Virus record (IMG/VR): IMGVR_UViG_3300038393_001822
Location: 6,291 to 70,290 of that record
Length of the DNA stretch: 64,000 nucleotides
Origin: a virus
Taxonomy: Duplodnaviria; Caudoviricetes
Strand: one strand, 5' to 3'
Part shown: positions 60,564 through 64,000 of the stretch, in pieces
How the letters are laid out: each line of letters begins with the position of its first letter
How positions within the stretch are numbered: the stretch's first letter is position 1
Notes under the pieces: generated by a model
The model's input: the letters and a program-made list of their open reading frames with translations, nothing else
Told to the model about the DNA's origin: nothing
The model's database searches: none
Translations under genes and position numbers: made by a program

Positions 60564-61625
60564 TCATCCAAATAATTCATCAAGACCATCAATTTCATTA
60601 ATCAATTGTAATGGCAGTATATTTTCTTCAGTTTCTATATTTCTTATCTTATGTATGATATTTGGAGTATTTTTATCTATTAATAAATTTGCCAACTCTC
60701 TAATATTTTCAACATAAAAAATATTCAATCTTGTTTTAGCTTTCTTTCCAGAAGTAAATCCATTTTCGTGTCTTTTTTCGGCATTCAATATTACGTTTGA
60801 ATAGATAATTTGATTAAGTTCACTTTTAGATTCTTTACGATGCATTTCTTCTAAAACAAGATCCATTAGTTGTTTACGTTCCTCTTTTATATATTTTTCA
60901 TTTACCGTTATGTCATATGCAGTAAAATAATATTCAACATCACTTCGTTCATTTAATAATTGTTTCGCTTTTGTTCTGAATCTTTTCCAATCCTTTGAAA
61001 CTCTAACATTAGAAATATGGGTATATCCCATTTCATCAAGAATATCTTTCTCAATGCTCATAATTAGTTGTAGTTCTCGTTCTGTTGCATTTCTAGTATT
61101 ATATTTTCCTTGTTCTGAGACTTTAATAATTGTATTATACATAATTATTCTTTTGTCCATGAGATTCTTTAATGCTGTTTCAATAATACTTCTGAAACTC
61201 CCAATTGTGGTATTGTAAAAATCGTAAATAAAATTTTCATCAATGTCAGTATATTTGGATAGTTTTGGTACTAATTCTCGACACTCACTGTAATTAGTAT
61301 TAACCATACCAATGGTAAACATTAATTTACTTTTACTTATAGAAATATGTCCATTACATTGTGCCAATAAATCAGTAATAAGAATTTGAGTCAAATTTCC
61401 ATATATTGAACTTTTACCACGACTTTCAACTTTTTCATGAGGAGTTTCAAACACTTCTTCAATAGTAATCTTATGACCAATTTTATTAAATTTACAATAG
61501 CATTCTAATTCTTTAAATTGTGCATTTTTACTATTTGCACTCTTCTTTATTTCCCATCCTAACTCTAAGCATAACTCCTTATAATTTTTAAATGTTTGAC
61601 CTACATACAATTCCTCAGTATTCAC
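60564..61625 (-). CDS. conserved hypothetical DNA-binding/Rep-like phage protein
   Basis: N-terminal GQTFKNYKELCLELG...KNAQFKEL pattern. Confidence 0.6.
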   Translation of the reverse strand: MNTEELYVGQTFKNYKELCLELGWEIKKSANSKNAQFKELECYCKFNKIGHKITIEEVFETPHEKVESRGKSSIYGNLTQILITDLLAQCNGHISISKSKLMFTIGMVNTNYSECRELVPKLSKYTDIDENFIYDFYNTTIGSFRSIIETALKNLMDKRIIMYNTIIKVSEQGKYNTRNATERELQLIMSIEKDILDEMGYTHISNVRVSKDWKRFRTKAKQLLNERSDVEYYFTAYDITVNEKYIKEERKQLMDLVLEEMHRKESKSELNQIIYSNVILNAEKRHENGFTSGKKAKTRLNIFYVENIRELANLLIDKNTPNIIHKIRNIETEENILPLQLINEIDGLDELFG

Positions 61626-61646
61626 ATCAATTGCTCCTTTATAAAT

Positions 61647-61823
61647 TTATTTATATTTATCTTTTAAAACCCATTTATCAAATATTTCTATACACTTTTG
61701 ATCTCGAAGGAATTTAACATATACGTCACCTTTATTTCCCTTGCCAACTCCAACAACAATTGCACCTTCTTTAACAAAGAAGTCGGCCTGATGTGGATTG
61801 TAAATGTATAAATATTTATTCAT
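61647..61823 (-). CDS. 58-aa small protein (resembles DUF5659-like leaders)
   Basis: MNKYLYIYNPHQADFFVKEG...; RBS aaggag. Confidence 0.6.
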   Translation of the reverse strand: MNKYLYIYNPHQADFFVKEGAIVVGVGKGNKGDVYVKFLRDQKCIEIFDKWVLKDKYK

Positions 61824-62051
61824 TGGTTTAATCTCCTTTTATTCCGTATTAATTTAATTACAAATAAAAAAGGAGAGACAAAATGTCCCTCCAAAAAGCT
61901 AATAAAATCCGATTTTTAAAACAATAAAAATTATGTTTTAACTAATAGAATTAGTTTTATATATTGGATTGATGGAGATAAGAATGTTCCAGATATATTT
62001 CTTCATATCATCACCTCAAAAGAAAAAGGAACCCGAAGGCTCCTCTAATTT

Positions 62052-62765
62052 TTATAGTGTCCTTAAAAACTCAGCTATTTTAGTAGCTATTCTTTGATGC
62101 CCTGCTGCATTAGGATGTAAAGCATCGGGCATATATTGAGTTTTAATATTACTCATTGCCGGTTGTAATCCAGAATTCCTGTATAAATCCAAAACAGGGA
62201 TTGACCAATATTTGCCTACATCAATGACAGCTTGGGCAACCTGTTCCAAAGTAAATCCTTTAGGGTTTGCTCCTTTCCCTAAAGTAATTACACCACTCGC
62301 AGCTTGATATATACTGTCTGCTCTTTGCAAAGGAGTAAACAAAGCGTATTTTGCGTTTGGATAAGTTGTATATAACGTTTGACAAATGGAATGCAAAGCA
62401 CCATAAACGGTTGTTGTTGCTGTACTTGTTATATCGCCTAAATCTGGTTGTGTTGCGTTTCCGTAGTCGTTTGTCCCACCAAAAACAGTAATTAAATTTG
62501 CTGTGGTATCCATGCTTGAAACCCTTGACCACATGGAGTCTGTTGAAGGATGACTTCCACCAGTTGCAAGATTTGTTCCACTTACACCGTAATTATTTAC
62601 TTTTGTCATACCTAACATAGAGGACACAATTTGATGATATATAGAAGTTGTACCATAACCATAAGTAATACTATCACCCATGGCGTTCCAAATTGCTCCG
62701 CTCCATTGATTTGCTAATGTTGCAGGGCTACCCGATGTTCCTGTTTGTTGTTTTGTCCAAGTCAT
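62052..62765 (-). CDS. SGNH/GDSL esterase
   Basis: GDSIT, GGTND, DALHPN. Confidence 0.9.
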   Translation of the reverse strand: MTWTKQQTGTSGSPATLANQWSGAIWNAMGDSITYGYGTTSIYHQIVSSMLGMTKVNNYGVSGTNLATGGSHPSTDSMWSRVSSMDTTANLITVFGGTNDYGNATQPDLGDITSTATTTVYGALHSICQTLYTTYPNAKYALFTPLQRADSIYQAASGVITLGKGANPKGFTLEQVAQAVIDVGKYWSIPVLDLYRNSGLQPAMSNIKTQYMPDALHPNAAGHQRIATKIAEFLRTL

Positions 62766-62777
62766 TTAGTACACCTC

Positions 62778-64000
62778 CTAAGCTACAGAGAAATCATCAT
62801 AAAGAATAGTTGTAGTTGAAGCATTTCCGATTGCTAAACCATGTTTAGTAGCTGTTTGATAGTTTGTATTTGTTACGCTGATAATCTGAGTTCCATTTGC
62901 AAAAACCGTAATTGAAGAACCACTTAGAACGACTTTTACAACATCACCCTGTGCAGGAGTAAATCCAGAACTTGTTGCTAAAGAAGTCCAACCGCCATTT
63001 TGCAACCATAAAGTATAACCTGTTGTTGTGGCTTGAATCGCAAAATAATGTGTAGTATCCTGCCATCTGAACGTCATTCTATGGGCTGTTGCTGCTGCCG
63101 TCCCTAATGCACTGGCAAACGTACATTGTACGGTACAATCTGATTTACCACTGTCAATATAAATGGATTTATCTGCTGTTCCGCTGTATGGTCTTGCTTT
63201 GTTTCCGCTAATTCCCCATACTTGCGAATCGTATACCCATATATGACCAGAATCAGATGTTCCCAATGAAGAAGCATTATCCGCTCTGTTAAATGAGTCG
63301 TATATAGTAGCATTAGGTAAAAAGTTAGAAGCAGCATTAATCGTATAAGTCGCTGCCACAGGTGTACTAACATTCCCTGCTCCATCCTTACCGATAAATT
63401 GAATAGTTTTTGTTGCTGAAACTGTAATAGGACCGCTATAAACCGTACTGCTCGTGGTTGGAGTGCTTCCATCAGTCGTGTAATAAATAGTTGTATTTGA
63501 TTCATTTGAACTTAATGTTACAGATTGAGCACTAGTATACGTTCCTGCTGCTGGCGAAGCTGTGATAACAGGTGGTGTTGTATCAATATTAATTGTGTAA
63601 GTCGCTGATTGAACTGCACTGCTATTCCCTGCCGTATCCTTCGCAAAGTATTTGATTGTCTCTGTGGAAGATACATTAATCGGTCCGTTATATACCGTGC
63701 TTGATGTGGTAGGAGTGCTACCGTCCACAGTGTAATAGATTGTACTAGGTTCATTGGCTGTTAACGTTACCGATTGAGCAGCTGTGAATGTTCCGGCTGC
63801 TGGGCTAATTGTAACCGTTGGAGCAGTCGTATCTGGCGCATTAATCGTAAAACTAATAGACTGTACGGTACTTTGATTGCCTGCCGTATCCTTACCAAAG
63901 AATTTCAGCGTGGATGTGCTAGAAATCGTTAAGGTTGAACTATATACAGAGCTTGAAGTGGTAGGTGTTGATCCATCCAAAGTATAGTAAATGTTAGGAG
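62778..64000 (-). CDS. T/S-rich protein with tandem Fn3-associated (CHB_HEX_C-like) repeats; 5' end outside the window
   Basis: Repeated DTTxP...TIYYTxDGSTPTTSS..Y..PI; frame stays open to the edge (PNIYYTLDGSTP). Confidence 0.8.
   Translation of the reverse strand, partial: PNIYYTLDGSTPTTSSSVYSSTLTISSTSTLKFFGKDTAGNQSTVQSISFTINAPDTTAPTVTISPAAGTFTAAQSVTLTANEPSTIYYTVDGSTPTTSSTVYNGPINVSSTETIKYFAKDTAGNSSAVQSATYTINIDTTPPVITASPAAGTYTSAQSVTLSSNESNTTIYYTTDGSTPTTSSTVYSGPITVSATKTIQFIGKDGAGNVSTPVAATYTINAASNFLPNATIYDSFNRADNASSLGTSDSGHIWVYDSQVWGISGNKARPYSGTADKSIYIDSGKSDCTVQCTFASALGTAAATAHRMTFRWQDTTHYFAIQATTTGYTLWLQNGGWTSLATSSGFTPAQGDVVKVVLSGSSITVFANGTQIISVTNTNYQTATKHGLAIGNASTTTILYDDFSVA

Larger units (their letters stand above)
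579..61918. repeat. dispersed 16-bp palindrome T(A/G)AAA-N6-TTT(T/C)A at accessory gene junctions
   Basis: 40 exact copies read by eye; starts are listed in the findings. Confidence 0.85.

Noticed and set aside
3008-63754. Many short antisense or alternate-frame ORFs in the track (for example 3968-4189, 10228-10491, 11122-11475, 22651-22932, 24545-24862, 25410-25712, 43641-43907, 48979-49341, 63104-63505)
   Set aside because: They overlap well-supported genes, lack RBSs and look like shadow frames
1-64000. CRISPR array
   Set aside because: No regularly spaced 25-45 bp repeats with unique spacers; the junction repeats are separated by whole genes, and the Cas4-like nuclease is in a replication context

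Overview
AT-rich 64 kb segment of a large SPbeta-like temperate phage of a Bacillaceae host. Almost all genes are on the + strand up to about 59.9 kb, then they switch to the - strand. In order: (1) accessory small-gene region with a RepL-like gene, an HNH nuclease, two tandem C5 DNA methyltransferases, a structured ncRNA candidate and an Apyc1-like metallo-beta-lactamase; (2) arbitrium locus aimR-aimP-terminator-aimX-like; (3) yopP/yopQ/yopR(mrpR)/yopS/yopT-like lysogeny module; (4) second accessory array (nucleotidyltransferase, HNH, adenine MTase, PAPS-reductase family, FabG-like SDR); (5) replication block (YorF/G/H/I/J-like, PD-(D/E)XK nuclease, family-B polymerase); (6) class II RNR, thioredoxin, dUTPase, sigma factor, ThyA, DHFR, RecU; (7) large serine recombinase followed by an apparently intact attP; (8) opposite-strand genes, including an SGNH esterase and an Fn3-like repeat protein cut by the window edge. 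Two signals stand out. First, a self-contained minigene (promoter-RBS-MGIKPGG-terminator) encodes a leaderless arbitrium-like hexapeptide resembling the phage's own AimP C-terminus (IPKPGG). Second, a 16-bp palindrome T(A/G)AAA-N6-TTT(T/C)A (40 exact copies read by eye) marks gene junctions across the accessory regions, often contains the upstream stop codon, and is sometimes preceded by larger conserved hairpins. This suggests an integron-like cassette system, possibly served by the catalytically intact YopP-like tyrosine recombinase. All family assignments are from motif recognition by eye; no database searches were run.
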